This document shows, one piece after another, positions 26,759 through 37,002 of a stretch of DNA of 64,000 nt. A program made the position numbers and the translations under genes. A model generated the notes under the pieces. It was given only the letters and a program-made list of their open reading frames with translations, was not told where the DNA came from and made no database searches. The stretch comes from Planctomycetota bacterium (lineage in GTDB: Bacteria; Planctomycetota; UBA1135; UBA2386): positions 4,832,001 through 4,896,000 of the forward strand of contig OZ245838.1 of NCBI GenBank assembly GCA_965228735.1, read 5' to 3'. Position 1 is the first letter of the stretch. Every line of letters starts with the position of its first letter.

Positions 26759-26801
26759 GGCGAACCTCCCGTTCTCGGGAGGTTCGCCCTCGGGGTCTTT
26801 T
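26759..26801 (+). terminator. Putative intrinsic terminator
   Basis: Perfect 13-bp stem GGCGAACCTCCCG-TTCT-CGGGAGGTTCGCC with TCTTTT shortly after, downstream of the MNIO operon. Confidence 0.6.
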
Positions 26802-26910
26802 GCGGTCTGGCAGCCAGCGCCTCGCGAACCTCGGTCGCCGGATGGCCGCTGGCGCCGCCCTCGACGATTCGTGCCCGCACGCGGCTGGGTTGTCGCGTAG
26901 AACACGGACC

Positions 26911-28269
26911 ATGCCGGCTCCCTTTCGCTCGAACGTCTCCGCCGCCGCGCTTGCGGCCGGCGCCTCGCTGCTCTCGGTGACCGCCCTGTCCGCGCAGATG
27001 AGCGCGGACTGGCCCGGCTTCCGAGGGGGCCACCACGACGGTATCGCAGCTGCCAGCAAGCCGCCGACGGAGTGGGCGAGCGACCGCAATCTGCTGTGGT
27101 CCGTCGAGTTGCCGGGTCCGGGTTCGTCGAGTCCGATCGTCGCCGGCGGGCGGGTGTGGGTCTATTCGTACTCCGGCTACGGCGCCTACCTCGACGACGG
27201 GGGCGACCGTTCGAAGTTGGTGCACCACCTGAGCTGTTACTCGGCGACGGACGGCAAGGCGCTCTGGAGCAAGGCCGTGCCGGGGCCGCTCGAGCAGGAT
27301 GCGCGGCGGATCCAGATCTCGCAGCACGGCTTCGCGTCGCCGACGCCGATTCTCGATGGCGAACGGATCTACTGCTACTTCGGGCGCGCCGGCGTGGTCG
27401 CGTTCGACCTCGACGGCAAGCAGCTCTGGCAGACCGATCTCGGCCACCCGGATCCCGACGCGCCGGTCGCGACGAACCAGATCGTGCAGGACGGCAAGGT
27501 CATCCCGTTGCGCTGGGGGTCGGCCGCGAGCCCGGTGCTGTTCGACGGCCTCGTGATCGTGAACTGCTCGGAGGAGAGCAACTCGATCCGCGCGTTGCGG
27601 CAGGAAGACGGTGAACTCGTGTGGCAGCACGAATCGGCCAACCTCGAAGGTACGGCCGTGACACCGGTCGTGTTGGGCGAAGGCGACGACGCGGTGCTGG
27701 TCATCACGCTCGGCGGTGCGATCTGGGGCATGGCGCCGAAGACGGGCAAGATGCTGTGGCAGATCGAGACCAAGACCGGCGGCGGGATGTCGTCGCTGCC
27801 CGTCGCGGATGACGAGCTGGCCTACGTGTTCGGCGGCGACGACGTGAGCTACGCGGTGAAGTGGCGGCGCGACGCCGAGGACCCGCGCGTCGTCTGGGAG
27901 AGCAAGAGCGTCGCGATCCCGTCGCCGCTGCTGCACGACGGCAAGCTGCTCGCGGTGCGCTCGTCGGGGTTCGGCCTGTGGCTCGAGCCGAGCACGGGCG
28001 AGGTCAAGCACGAGGCGCGGCTCGACGGTCGCACGAGCCAGGTCTACGCGTCGCCGGTGATCGCCGACGGACGGATCTACGTCGTGAGCCGCAAGCGCGG
28101 CACGTTCGTCTACTCGGCCGACGGCGCGTTCGAGCTGCTCGCGCGGAACGAGCTCGACGACGACAGTCAGTTCAACGCGTCGCCGGCGATCGCCTCGGAT
28201 CGCCTGTTCCTGCGCTCGGACGAGCAGCTCTACTGCATCGGCGCGGGCGCGAGCGGCGGCGACAAGTAG
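26911..28269 (+). CDS. Secreted PQQ-like (BamB-type) beta-propeller protein
   Basis: Signal peptide, DWPGFRG, GSSSPIV, ASPTP, ASPVI repeats. Confidence 0.88.
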   Translation: MPAPFRSNVSAAALAAGASLLSVTALSAQMSADWPGFRGGHHDGIAAASKPPTEWASDRNLLWSVELPGPGSSSPIVAGGRVWVYSYSGYGAYLDDGGDRSKLVHHLSCYSATDGKALWSKAVPGPLEQDARRIQISQHGFASPTPILDGERIYCYFGRAGVVAFDLDGKQLWQTDLGHPDPDAPVATNQIVQDGKVIPLRWGSAASPVLFDGLVIVNCSEESNSIRALRQEDGELVWQHESANLEGTAVTPVVLGEGDDAVLVITLGGAIWGMAPKTGKMLWQIETKTGGGMSSLPVADDELAYVFGGDDVSYAVKWRRDAEDPRVVWESKSVAIPSPLLHDGKLLAVRSSGFGLWLEPSTGEVKHEARLDGRTSQVYASPVIADGRIYVVSRKRGTFVYSADGAFELLARNELDDDSQFNASPAIASDRLFLRSDEQLYCIGAGASGGDK

Positions 28270-28272
28270 CGT

Positions 28273-28992
28273 TCAGCGATCGTCGGGATCCGCCGCGTCG
28301 GCGTGGTCGTCGGCGTCGGCGATCACGGCCAGCGCGGCAGCCCAGTCGGGCAGTTCACACTCGCCCTTCGGCGACAGCGCGTAATGTCCGCGCTCGATGC
28401 GGTCGAACCAGCCGTAGTGGTTGGCCTGCAGGATGCCCGCGGCGCGCTGCACGCCGCTCTGATCGCGCACGACGCTGGCCTTGAGGGTGCCGTTCTCGGC
28501 GAGCTGCCGCGCGCAGCGCAGCGCGTCCTGGCGATACGCGGTGAGCCGGACGCGCGTCGCGGAGCCGCCTGGTTCGGGATCGCCGACCCGTTCGACGAAC
28601 TCCTTGAGCAGCCGTGCGCGGCGGCGCTTGTCCGGACGCGGACGATACGGCGCGGGGTCGAGCACGGGCGTGACGTTGCCGCTCGCGCTGACCGTCAGCA
28701 GACCGAAGCCGAGCCGGCGCAGCAGCGCCAGCACCTGCTTGCGTCGCGAGCGGAACGCGGCGCCCTTGCCGTCGTTCTCGCCGAACGCGAGGTAGACCGT
28801 GTCACTGAGGCGGGCGCGATCGACGCCCTGCAGCACGAGTGCGAGAGTGAGTCGTTGCTTGAGCTCGACGATGACCGGCGGCTCGTCGCCGCGGACGGCG
28901 ACGATGTCGCAGCCGTCGACCTCACCCTTGACGGTATAGCCCTGCCGCTCGAGGAAGCGCTTGACGGGCGGGTAGAGCTCGGCCTCTGCCAT
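28273..28992 (-). CDS. DUF2161 family putative PD-(D/E)XK-fold protein
   Basis: EAELYPPVKRFLERQGYTVKGEVDGCDIVA...VELK...TAYRQDAL...NHYGWFDRIERGHYALS. Confidence 0.85.
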   Translation of the reverse strand: MAEAELYPPVKRFLERQGYTVKGEVDGCDIVAVRGDEPPVIVELKQRLTLALVLQGVDRARLSDTVYLAFGENDGKGAAFRSRRKQVLALLRRLGFGLLTVSASGNVTPVLDPAPYRPRPDKRRRARLLKEFVERVGDPEPGGSATRVRLTAYRQDALRCARQLAENGTLKASVVRDQSGVQRAAGILQANHYGWFDRIERGHYALSPKGECELPDWAAALAVIADADDHADAADPDDR

Positions 28993-29003
28993 CCGCGGCG
29001 ATG

Positions 29004-30299
29004 CTACTTCTTGTCGGTGCGCGGCGCGCGCAGGTCCGCGCAGACGAGCTCTTCGTCGTTGCGCGCGAAGACGTGCCCGTAGGCGAACGCCGGATGGGAC
29101 CAGCAGACTCCGCCGCGACGGTTGAGCTGCGCGCGGGTCGGCGCGATCAGCTGCGCCCGGTCGAGGATCTCGAGGCCGGCGGGCGACAGCTGCGTGAGCA
29201 GCAGTTCGCCGCGTTCGTTGAACATCCACACGTCCTCGCCGTTCTTCACGAAGTGGATCGTCGCCCACCGCGAGCGCGGCACCGCGGTCAGGTCTTCCCA
29301 CACGCGTTCGCCGTCTGCGAACGCGAGGCAGCGCAGCTGACCGTAGCTGTCGACGCCGTAGATGTGCTCACCGATCGCGATCGGCGTCGAGATGATGCTG
29401 TGGAGGCCGTCGGTGCGCAGCTCGTTGCGGCCGCGGCGGCGCCAGAGCTCCTCGACCTTCGGCTCGGTCTGGTCGAGGCGCAGCAGCGCGCAGCCGTCGT
29501 AGAACGCCGTGAGGAACAGGCGGTCACCGTGCACCAGCGGCGTGGCGCACGCGAGCGGCATGTTCTTCGCCTTCAGGGGATACTCCCAGAGCAGCTGGCC
29601 GTCCTGCGGCGCGACACCGACGACGCGATCGCCCGACCAGCAGACGAGAACGCGCCGGCCGGCCTGGTCGATCACGATCGGCGCCGAGTAGTTGCCGCGG
29701 TCACCGAACGCGGTCCAGCGTTCGGCGCCGGTCTTCGTGTCGAACGCGACGAGCCACGCGTCCTTGCCGCTCGCTGGCACGATGAGCAGGTCGCCCTCGA
29801 TCACGGGCGCTGCCGCGATTCCCCAGATCGGCATGTCGATCTCGTACTCGGCGCGGAGGTCGTGGTGCCACACGACCTCGCCGCTGCTCGCGTCGAGCGC
29901 GTGCAGATGGCCGGTCGAGCCGAGGCCGAACGCGAGGCCGTCGTGGACGTGCACCGAACAACGGGGGCCGGCGGGATACGACACGCCGGCGTACGAGCAC
30001 GGATACGAGTGCACCCAGAGCGGCTTGCCCGTGTCCCAGGCGAAGCACCGGATGCGCTCGACCTCGTCCGGCTCGGTCCCGCGATCCATGACGAAGACCC
30101 GCTCGGCGGCGACGGTCGGGCCGCTGTAGCCCGTGCCGATCGGGGCGCGCCAGCGTGGTTCGAGCTCGTCGGGCAGCTCGCGGCGGATGCCCGTTTCGCG
30201 CCAGAGGCCGTCGCGCGTGGGGCCACGCCACTGCGGCCAGTCGTCGCCGGGGCCTTGTGGCGCGAGGGTGGGAAGTACGGCGGCCAGCAGTGCGAGCAT
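29004..30299 (-). CDS. Secreted PQQ-like beta-propeller protein
   Basis: DWPQWRGP, GYSGPTV, YSAP, CWSHPA. Confidence 0.88.
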   Translation of the reverse strand: MLALLAAVLPTLAPQGPGDDWPQWRGPTRDGLWRETGIRRELPDELEPRWRAPIGTGYSGPTVAAERVFVMDRGTEPDEVERIRCFAWDTGKPLWVHSYPCSYAGVSYPAGPRCSVHVHDGLAFGLGSTGHLHALDASSGEVVWHHDLRAEYEIDMPIWGIAAAPVIEGDLLIVPASGKDAWLVAFDTKTGAERWTAFGDRGNYSAPIVIDQAGRRVLVCWSGDRVVGVAPQDGQLLWEYPLKAKNMPLACATPLVHGDRLFLTAFYDGCALLRLDQTEPKVEELWRRRGRNELRTDGLHSIISTPIAIGEHIYGVDSYGQLRCLAFADGERVWEDLTAVPRSRWATIHFVKNGEDVWMFNERGELLLTQLSPAGLEILDRAQLIAPTRAQLNRRGGVCWSHPAFAYGHVFARNDEELVCADLRAPRTDKK

Positions 30300-30386
30300 C
30301 GCCGGGCACGATACGCGCCGCGTCGCCGCTCGCCATCCCCGTGGGCGTCGGGCGCCCATCGGGGCAGTCGGATCAGGGGCAGCGGA

Positions 30387-31658
30387 TCATGCGTCCGCCT
30401 GGATCCGATAGAGATGCGTCTTCGTGCGCAGCACGAATGCGTTGCCGACGACGGCTGGCGAGGCCATGAAGCCGCTGTTGAGGCGATTGGTCCCGAGCTT
30501 CTCGAACTCGTCGCCGCGCGCGAGCACGACCGTGCGCCCTTCGCGGTCGAAGAAGTAGATGCGGTCGCCGATCGCGATCGGCGACGCCGAGTGTTCGCCG
30601 CCGATTCGCTGGCGCCAGATCGGCTTGCCCGTCGCGGCATCGAGGCACGTGCCGCGCCCGCCGTCGTCGACCATGTAGATGCGACCGTCCGCGAGGATGG
30701 GGGACGGCATCCGCGGGACGTTGCGCTGCCACTGCCAGATCGGCGCCGTGTCCGTGACATCCCCTTCGCCGCCGAGCCGAACGGCGTGCAGTTCCCCGCG
30801 CATGAAACCGGTCGTGAGGTAGACGGTCTCGCCGTCGGTCAACGGGCGCGAGGCCATCGAGAATCCGGGGTGACGCACGCGCCACAACTCGGCGCCCGTC
30901 TCGGGATCGTAGGCCATCGTGCAGCGCGCGCCCGAGCTGATGAGCCACTCCTGGCCGTCGACCGGTACGACGATCGGCGTGCTGTAGGCCTTGCGCAGGT
31001 CCGGTTGGACGCCGTTGAAGTCGGTCGAGCGCGGCGTGCGCCACCGCGTCTCGCCCGTGCGCTTGTCGAGGGCGATCACGTACTGCACGTCGCCGCCGTC
31101 CATGTGGAACACGAGCGCGTCGTCGACGATCACGGGCGAGCTGCCTGGCCCTTCCATGTGATCACAGTGGATGTCGCGGCGTTCCCAGAGCGTCTCGCCG
31201 GAACTCGCGTCGAGGCATGCCGTGCCGTAGGTCCCGAAGTGCACGTAGACGCGGCCGTCCTCGACCGCTGGGGAGGGTGACGCGTAGCTGTTGAGCTTGT
31301 TCTTCGGCTCGGGCCGTTCGTTCGTGAACACGATGCGGTCGTGCAGCACCTCGCCGTTCTGGAACGAGACGGCGACCACGTGCAGGTTGCGGCCCTTCTC
31401 GGTCGCCGTCGTGAGCCAGATCCGCCCCTCGTGCACGAGCGGTGACGACCAGCCCTCGCCCCGGATCGCAGTCTTCCACGCGACGTTCTTCTGCTCGCTC
31501 CACTCGAGCGGCACGTCGGCGTCGGGAAGAAAGCCGTTCCGGTCCGGGCCACGGTAGTCGAGCCAGGATTCGGTCTGCCCGCACGACGGGACCGCCAGTG
31601 TCGAGGTCGCCAGGATTGGAATGGCAACACGGGCGAGACGACGAAACGGCGAGAGCAT
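30387..31658 (-). CDS. Secreted PQQ-like beta-propeller protein
   Basis: WLDYRGP, GWSSP, NSYASPSP, GSSPV, YSTP, MASPA. Confidence 0.88.
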   Translation of the reverse strand: MLSPFRRLARVAIPILATSTLAVPSCGQTESWLDYRGPDRNGFLPDADVPLEWSEQKNVAWKTAIRGEGWSSPLVHEGRIWLTTATEKGRNLHVVAVSFQNGEVLHDRIVFTNERPEPKNKLNSYASPSPAVEDGRVYVHFGTYGTACLDASSGETLWERRDIHCDHMEGPGSSPVIVDDALVFHMDGGDVQYVIALDKRTGETRWRTPRSTDFNGVQPDLRKAYSTPIVVPVDGQEWLISSGARCTMAYDPETGAELWRVRHPGFSMASRPLTDGETVYLTTGFMRGELHAVRLGGEGDVTDTAPIWQWQRNVPRMPSPILADGRIYMVDDGGRGTCLDAATGKPIWRQRIGGEHSASPIAIGDRIYFFDREGRTVVLARGDEFEKLGTNRLNSGFMASPAVVGNAFVLRTKTHLYRIQADA

Positions 31659-31677
31659 GACGAGATGCTAACTCGAT

Positions 31678-33129
31678 TCAGCGGGGTGCGCGCTTCTTGC
31701 CCGGCAACTCGTCGGCCGGGATCGTCGCGTAGGGCCGGGGTCGCTGCGCGTCGACCTCGTCGAGCCACTGCATGAGCAGGGTGCGCAGGCGGGCGGCGTC
31801 CTCGGACCGCTGCTCGATCAGGTTCTCACGTTCGCCGAGGTCGGTGGCGAGGTCGTAGAGCTCGTGCGCGTCGTCGTCCCAGTGGTGGATGTACTTGAGA
31901 TCGCCGCGCCGCACGACGGAGCCCATGTGATTGTCGCCGTGGTAGCTGTAGTGCGGGTAGTGCCAGAACAGCGCTTCGCGTTCGAGCTCGCCCTGGCCGG
32001 CAAAGAGCGGCAGCAGGCTTTCGCCATCGAAATCGGCCGCCGCATGCTCGACCCCGGCCGCGTCGAGGAACGTGGGCGCGAAGTCCATCGAGATCGCCGG
32101 GGTCGCATCGACGGCGCCCGCGCGCACGTGACCGGGCCAGCGCAGGATCATCGGCACCCGGATGCCGCCTTCGTAGAGATAGCCCTTGGCGGCGCGCAGG
32201 GGGTCGGCGACCGACGAACCGGGCATCTGCCCGTTGTCGGAGGTGAACACGACGAGGGTGTCATCGCGCAGACCGAGGTCGTCGAGCGCTTGCAGCACGC
32301 GACCGATCGCGCGGTCCATGCCTTCGACCATCGCGCGGTAGCGGGTCGGCATGTCGGGTTCCTGCGCGTCGGAGTAGCGCGCGTAGAGCTCCGGCGTCGC
32401 CTCGATCGGATAGTGGACCGTGTAGGTCCACAGGCACAGGAAGAACGGCTGGCCCGGCTGCCTCGGGGTGCGGAGGAACTCGATCGCCTCCGTGGCCAGC
32501 AGGTCGGGGAGATACTCGCCGGCCTTGCCCTTCTCGAAGTTGGGCATCTTGATCGGAGCGAAGAACGTGCCGGGGCCGCCCATCGCGTTGCCGGCGACGT
32601 TCACGTCGAAGCCGTAGCTCTCCGGGAACAGCGTCGTGTCGGTCGTGTTCCAGTTCGGCCCGGCGAGGTGCCACTTGCCGACGAACCCCGTGCGATAGCC
32701 GGCGTCCTGCAATCGATGCGCGATCGTCGGGAACGCCTTGTCGAGCACGTTCCGTGATCGACCCGGCCCGAACGCGCGCCCACGGCGCTCACCGTTCTTC
32801 TGCCCGCGTTCGTCGTAGAAGCTCCAGCGATCGGGGATGTGGTTGGTCACTCGCAGGCGCGCCGGGGCGAGACCGGTGACGCACGCTGCGCGTGTCGGCG
32901 AACAGACCGGCGCGGCGGCGTAGAAGTCCGTGAACCGCGTACCGTCGGCCGCCAGACGATCGATGTGGGGCGTCGTGAACTTCGCGTTGCCCTGGACGCC
33001 CAGGTCCATCCAACCGAGGTCGTCGATCATCACGAACAGGATGTTCGGCCGCTCCGAACGCGGCGCATCCTGCGCGGGCAGAGCGGCCCACGCGGCGAGC
33101 GTGACGACGACGAGGTGGGCAGCGCGCAT
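31678..33129 (-). CDS. Secreted formylglycine-dependent sulfatase
   Basis: PNILFVMIDDLG, CSPTRA (CxPxR), GKWHL, FTSDNG, YEGGIRVP. Confidence 0.93.
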   Translation of the reverse strand: MRAAHLVVVTLAAWAALPAQDAPRSERPNILFVMIDDLGWMDLGVQGNAKFTTPHIDRLAADGTRFTDFYAAAPVCSPTRAACVTGLAPARLRVTNHIPDRWSFYDERGQKNGERRGRAFGPGRSRNVLDKAFPTIAHRLQDAGYRTGFVGKWHLAGPNWNTTDTTLFPESYGFDVNVAGNAMGGPGTFFAPIKMPNFEKGKAGEYLPDLLATEAIEFLRTPRQPGQPFFLCLWTYTVHYPIEATPELYARYSDAQEPDMPTRYRAMVEGMDRAIGRVLQALDDLGLRDDTLVVFTSDNGQMPGSSVADPLRAAKGYLYEGGIRVPMILRWPGHVRAGAVDATPAISMDFAPTFLDAAGVEHAAADFDGESLLPLFAGQGELEREALFWHYPHYSYHGDNHMGSVVRRGDLKYIHHWDDDAHELYDLATDLGERENLIEQRSEDAARLRTLLMQWLDEVDAQRPRPYATIPADELPGKKRAPR

Positions 33130-33155
33130 GCGCCGCAGCATACCGGCGGCGCGCG

Positions 33156-33587
33156 TCAGATCGGCGCGAACCAGATCACGACGTCGCCGAGCTTCTGCGC
33201 GAGCTCTGCCGTCAGCTCGAACGTGAACGACGCGTTGTCCGCGGTGATCGCCGGCGTCTCCTTGATGCCGATCCTCTGGTCCGAGCGGTCGTAGAGGTTG
33301 ACGAGCATCTTGACCGCGCCGAACGACTCGTGCGACTCGGACAGCTGGTAGGGCTGCACCGTGAGCTTCTGCGCGTCGACGAGACGGAGCTTCCACCCCT
33401 TCGCGATCGGACCCTTGCTGTTCTTGGCCTTGCCCGTCGCCGCCAGATGTTCGGCGCGCGCGGCCGTCGTCGTCGGGCCGTAGCGCCACGAGATCTCGCG
33501 GTTCTTCCAATCGTAGGGTTCACCGCCGCCGCACGCCGACAGCGTGGCGAGCAGCGGCAGAGCGGCGACTGCCAGGTGGGATCGCAT
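33156..33587 (-). CDS. Hypothetical lipoprotein
   Basis: LSAC lipobox after hydrophobic stretch. Confidence 0.65.
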   Translation of the reverse strand: MRSHLAVAALPLLATLSACGGGEPYDWKNREISWRYGPTTTAARAEHLAATGKAKNSKGPIAKGWKLRLVDAQKLTVQPYQLSESHESFGAVKMLVNLYDRSDQRIGIKETPAITADNASFTFELTAELAQKLGDVVIWFAPI

Positions 33588-33651
33588 GCAATAGACGATC
33601 CTGGCAACTTCCTCCCGATGCAAGGCAGGGCGCGTGCGATACCGTGACGCC

Positions 33652-35109
33652 ATGCACCGCCTCGTCGGGTCGTTCGTCGCGCTCGCCGCGCTCCTCGATT
33701 CTTCGGCTGGCCAGGAAGGCGCGGATGGTGGCCGGCTCGCGCGGCTGCGGGCCGCGGCTCACGCCCACGTCGACTCGGAGCAGCAGGCGCTGTTCGATCT
33801 GAGCAACCGCATCTGGCGCTTCGCCGAGACGAGCCTCACCGAGAGCAAGTCGTCCGCGGCGCTGGCCGACTTCCTCGAAGAACGCGGCTTCCGCGTCGAG
33901 CGCGGCGTCGCGGGCATCCCGACGGCGTTCACCGCGACGTTCGGCAGCGGCAAGCCGGTGATCGGCATGCTGGCCGAGTTCGACGCGTTGCCCGGCATCA
34001 GCAACGAGGCGAAGGCGCAGCGCTCGCCGCTCGTGCGCGGCGGCAACGGCCACGGCTGCGGTCACAACCTCTTCGCCGCCGGCTCGGCCGGGGCGGCGCT
34101 CGCGGCCAAGGCCGTGATGGCGGCGGAGGGCATCGGCGGCACGCTCGTGCTGTTCGGCTGCCCGGCGGAAGAGACGGTGATCGGCAAGGTCTACATGGCC
34201 AAGGCGGGGGTGTTCGACGGTCTCGACTGCTGCCTCGACTGGCACCCCGGGGACGAGACCCGGGCCGACTACGAAGGCACCCGCGCGCTCAACAACTTCG
34301 TCGTGAAGTTCCACGGCAAGACGGCGCACGGCGCGGGCGATCCATGGAACGGCCGGTCCGCGCTCGACGCGGTCGAACTCATGAACCACGCGGTGAACAT
34401 GCTGCGCGAGCACGTCGTGCCGTCGACGCGGATCCACTACGTCGTCAAGAACGGCGGCGGCGCGCCCAACGTCGTGCCGGCCGAGGCGTCGGTCTGGTAC
34501 TACGTTCGCGACCTGACACGCGCCGGCGTCGAGTCGACGTATCAGCGGGTGCTGAAGTGTGCCGAGGGCGCGGCGATCGCGACGGAGACGACGTGGGAGC
34601 ACGAGCTGACGACGGGTGTGCACGACTACCTGCTCAACCGCCCCCTCACGGAGCTGCTCGATCGCAACCTGCGCGCGGCGGGTGCGCCGGCCTGGGACGA
34701 TGGCGAACAGAAGTTCGCGCGTCAGCTGCAGGTCGCGACCGGCAAACCCGACAAGGGGCTCTTCGTCGGCGTCGCGGACCTGCCGGCCGATCCCGTGCCG
34801 GCCCAGGGCGGTTCGACCGACGCGGCCGAGGTCTCGCGCATCACGCCGACCGGCAAGTTGCGTGTGGCGTGCGCGCCGGTCGATACGCCGTGGCACGCGT
34901 GGCCCGTCGTCGCGTGCGCCGGCACGTCGATCGGTCACAAGTGCATCCGGAGTGCCGCCCGCGCGCTCGGAGCGTCGCTCGTCGAGCTGTTCGTGTCGCC
35001 GGACCTCGTCGCGGCGGCGCGAACCCGGTTCCAGGAACAGACGGCGGGTGAGCCTTACCGGTGCCCGATCCCGCAGGATCAGGAGCCGCCGCTGCCGCGT
35101 GGGCAGTAG
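33652..35109 (+). CDS. M20 amidohydrolase (AbgB-like)
   Basis: EFDALPG, GHGCGHN, GCPAEE, DWHP, GRSALDA, GGSTD. Confidence 0.9.
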   Translation: MHRLVGSFVALAALLDSSAGQEGADGGRLARLRAAAHAHVDSEQQALFDLSNRIWRFAETSLTESKSSAALADFLEERGFRVERGVAGIPTAFTATFGSGKPVIGMLAEFDALPGISNEAKAQRSPLVRGGNGHGCGHNLFAAGSAGAALAAKAVMAAEGIGGTLVLFGCPAEETVIGKVYMAKAGVFDGLDCCLDWHPGDETRADYEGTRALNNFVVKFHGKTAHGAGDPWNGRSALDAVELMNHAVNMLREHVVPSTRIHYVVKNGGGAPNVVPAEASVWYYVRDLTRAGVESTYQRVLKCAEGAAIATETTWEHELTTGVHDYLLNRPLTELLDRNLRAAGAPAWDDGEQKFARQLQVATGKPDKGLFVGVADLPADPVPAQGGSTDAAEVSRITPTGKLRVACAPVDTPWHAWPVVACAGTSIGHKCIRSAARALGASLVELFVSPDLVAAARTRFQEQTAGEPYRCPIPQDQEPPLPRGQ

Positions 35110-35119
35110 TCGCGGGGCG

Positions 35120-35758
35120 TTACACCAGCCCCTGCTCGATCGCCCGCAGGACGGCGCGCGTGCGGTCGTCCGCGCCGAGCTTGCCGAGAACGACGCTGAC
35201 GTGGTTCTTCACCGTGCCGGCCGCGAGCCCGAGGCCATCGGCGATCTCGCGGTTCGTCAATCCGGCGGCCATGAGCCGCAGGACGTCGGATTCACGCGGT
35301 GTCAGGCTCGTGGGCGCACGCTCGCTCACGGGCTCGGGATCGGTCAAGGCTCGCCGGATCCGATCCGAGATCGCCGGACGCAGCGCGAGCCGGCCCGCGT
35401 GCACTTCCTGGATCGCGTCGACGAGTTCGTCACGCGAGACGTCCTTGAGCAGAAAGCCGCGGGCGCCTCGGCGGGCCGCGAGCAACAACGCAGCGTCGTC
35501 GTCGAACGTCGTCAGCACGAGGGCGCGTGGGCGCGATCTGCCGGCGTCCTGCAGCAGGCGCAGGAGCTCGTGGCCATCCATCTCGGGCATTCGCAGGTCG
35601 AGCAGCACGACGTCGACCTCCGTGGTCGCGAGTGCGGCCCAGGCTTCCTGCCCGTTCGCGGCGCTCGCGACGACCTCGACCGCGGCAACGCCACCGAGGA
35701 GCGCTTCGAAGCCCTCGCGCACGAGTCGGTGGTCGTCGACAACCATGACCCGGATCAC
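35120..35758 (-). CDS. NarL/LuxR family response regulator
   Basis: VVDDH, LLDLRMP, GFLLK, LTPRE...GTVKNHVS. Confidence 0.93.
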   Translation of the reverse strand: MIRVMVVDDHRLVREGFEALLGGVAAVEVVASAANGQEAWAALATTEVDVVLLDLRMPEMDGHELLRLLQDAGRSRPRALVLTTFDDDAALLLAARRGARGFLLKDVSRDELVDAIQEVHAGRLALRPAISDRIRRALTDPEPVSERAPTSLTPRESDVLRLMAAGLTNREIADGLGLAAGTVKNHVSVVLGKLGADDRTRAVLRAIEQGLV

Positions 35759-36891
35759 GACGTTGCTCCGCTCACGCTTCGTTCGGCGGTCACCGGCAGA
35801 CCGATCCGCACGGTCGTGCCGCGTCCCGGTTGGCGATCGAGGTCGAACGTGCAGCCCGCGGTGCGGCAGCGATCGGCCATCCCGTCGAGGCCGCGCCCGG
35901 TCGCGGGTCCCGGCCAGCTGCGCCCGTCATCGGCCACCGTGATGCTGTCGCGTCCGACGTCGATCACGACTGCGCTGGCGTGCCCGTGCTTGCGCGCGTT
36001 GGTGACGGCTTCCTGAACGACTCGCAGGCACTCGCGCGCGGTCGCGGGGGGCAGCGCCTGCACGCCGCTCTCGTCCGTGACGGCGAGTCGGACTCGCGGT
36101 GTGAGGTCGTCCGCGGCCAGGTCGTCGAACGCCCGCACGAGATCGAAAGCGACGGTCTCCTGCATGTCGTCGACGACGCTCCTCACCTCCGCCAGCAGGA
36201 GTCGCGCGAGCTGTCGCGCCTGTTCGACGTGTCGTTCGCCGTCCGGCCCGCGCGCGGCCTCGAGCTGCAGCTGCAGCGCGACGAGATGGTGGCCGAGGAC
36301 GTCGTGCAGATCGGCGGCGATCTGGTTGCGTTCGGCCTGCCGCGCAGCGGTGAGCAGCTCGGCGCGGGTCGCGGCGAGCTCGCGCCGCGCCCGGCTCTCG
36401 GATGCGGCCGTCGCGTGGAAGCGGTAGCCGATCACCTGGAAGCACAGGAAGCCGAACGCAGCGGCGCTGCCGACCTCGGCGTTCCAGCGCATGGCGTAGA
36501 TGGCGACGAGGCCGATCGATTGGGCCGCGATCCAGAGCGCGACGACTGGCGTCGAGAACCCCGGCAGTCGCGCCGCCACGACGACCAGCAGCGCCGCGGT
36601 CAGCGCAGCGCCGCCGTAGATCGCGGGGATCAGCCAAACCGCGGTCAGGGCGCACGCCGATGCGAGCCCCAGCACGAAAGCCCGCGCGGTCGAGCCGTGC
36701 AGCCGCGCTGCGAGCGCGTCCGCGACGAGGAACGTCGCGATGCAGGCAATCCAGTTCCCGAGGTGCTCGGGCGCCGGGTCGTCCGGGTGCAATAGCGCGC
36801 GCTGCAGCAACGGCAGCACGGCCACCGCGACGCCGACCGGGCCGAGCCACGCGGCGCGGGGTCCTGCCGAAACGGTCGGGGTCGCGGTCAT
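35755..36891 (-). CDS. HisKA_3 membrane sensor histidine kinase
   Basis: Several TM helices; ERNQIAADLHDVLGH, QEAVTNARKH, DDG, GRGLDGM; overlaps the regulator start. Confidence 0.9.
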   Translation of the reverse strand: MTATPTVSAGPRAAWLGPVGVAVAVLPLLQRALLHPDDPAPEHLGNWIACIATFLVADALAARLHGSTARAFVLGLASACALTAVWLIPAIYGGAALTAALLVVVAARLPGFSTPVVALWIAAQSIGLVAIYAMRWNAEVGSAAAFGFLCFQVIGYRFHATAASESRARRELAATRAELLTAARQAERNQIAADLHDVLGHHLVALQLQLEAARGPDGERHVEQARQLARLLLAEVRSVVDDMQETVAFDLVRAFDDLAADDLTPRVRLAVTDESGVQALPPATARECLRVVQEAVTNARKHGHASAVVIDVGRDSITVADDGRSWPGPATGRGLDGMADRCRTAGCTFDLDRQPGRGTTVRIGLPVTAERSVSGATS

Positions 36892-37002
36892 GCCGACGCA
36901 ACGATAGCCCCGACTTCGGCCGTTCCACCCCTGCCGATGGTCATGGGCCGGCGCGTGTCTCGTGGCACTGGCGCGGGACCCTCGTCCGCCGACGCTGCTG
37001 CG

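Noticed and set aside
30299..30389. TGA in frame between two PQQ-propeller genes
   Set aside because: The downstream gene has its own signal peptide, the linker is non-coding in character, and there is no Cys context
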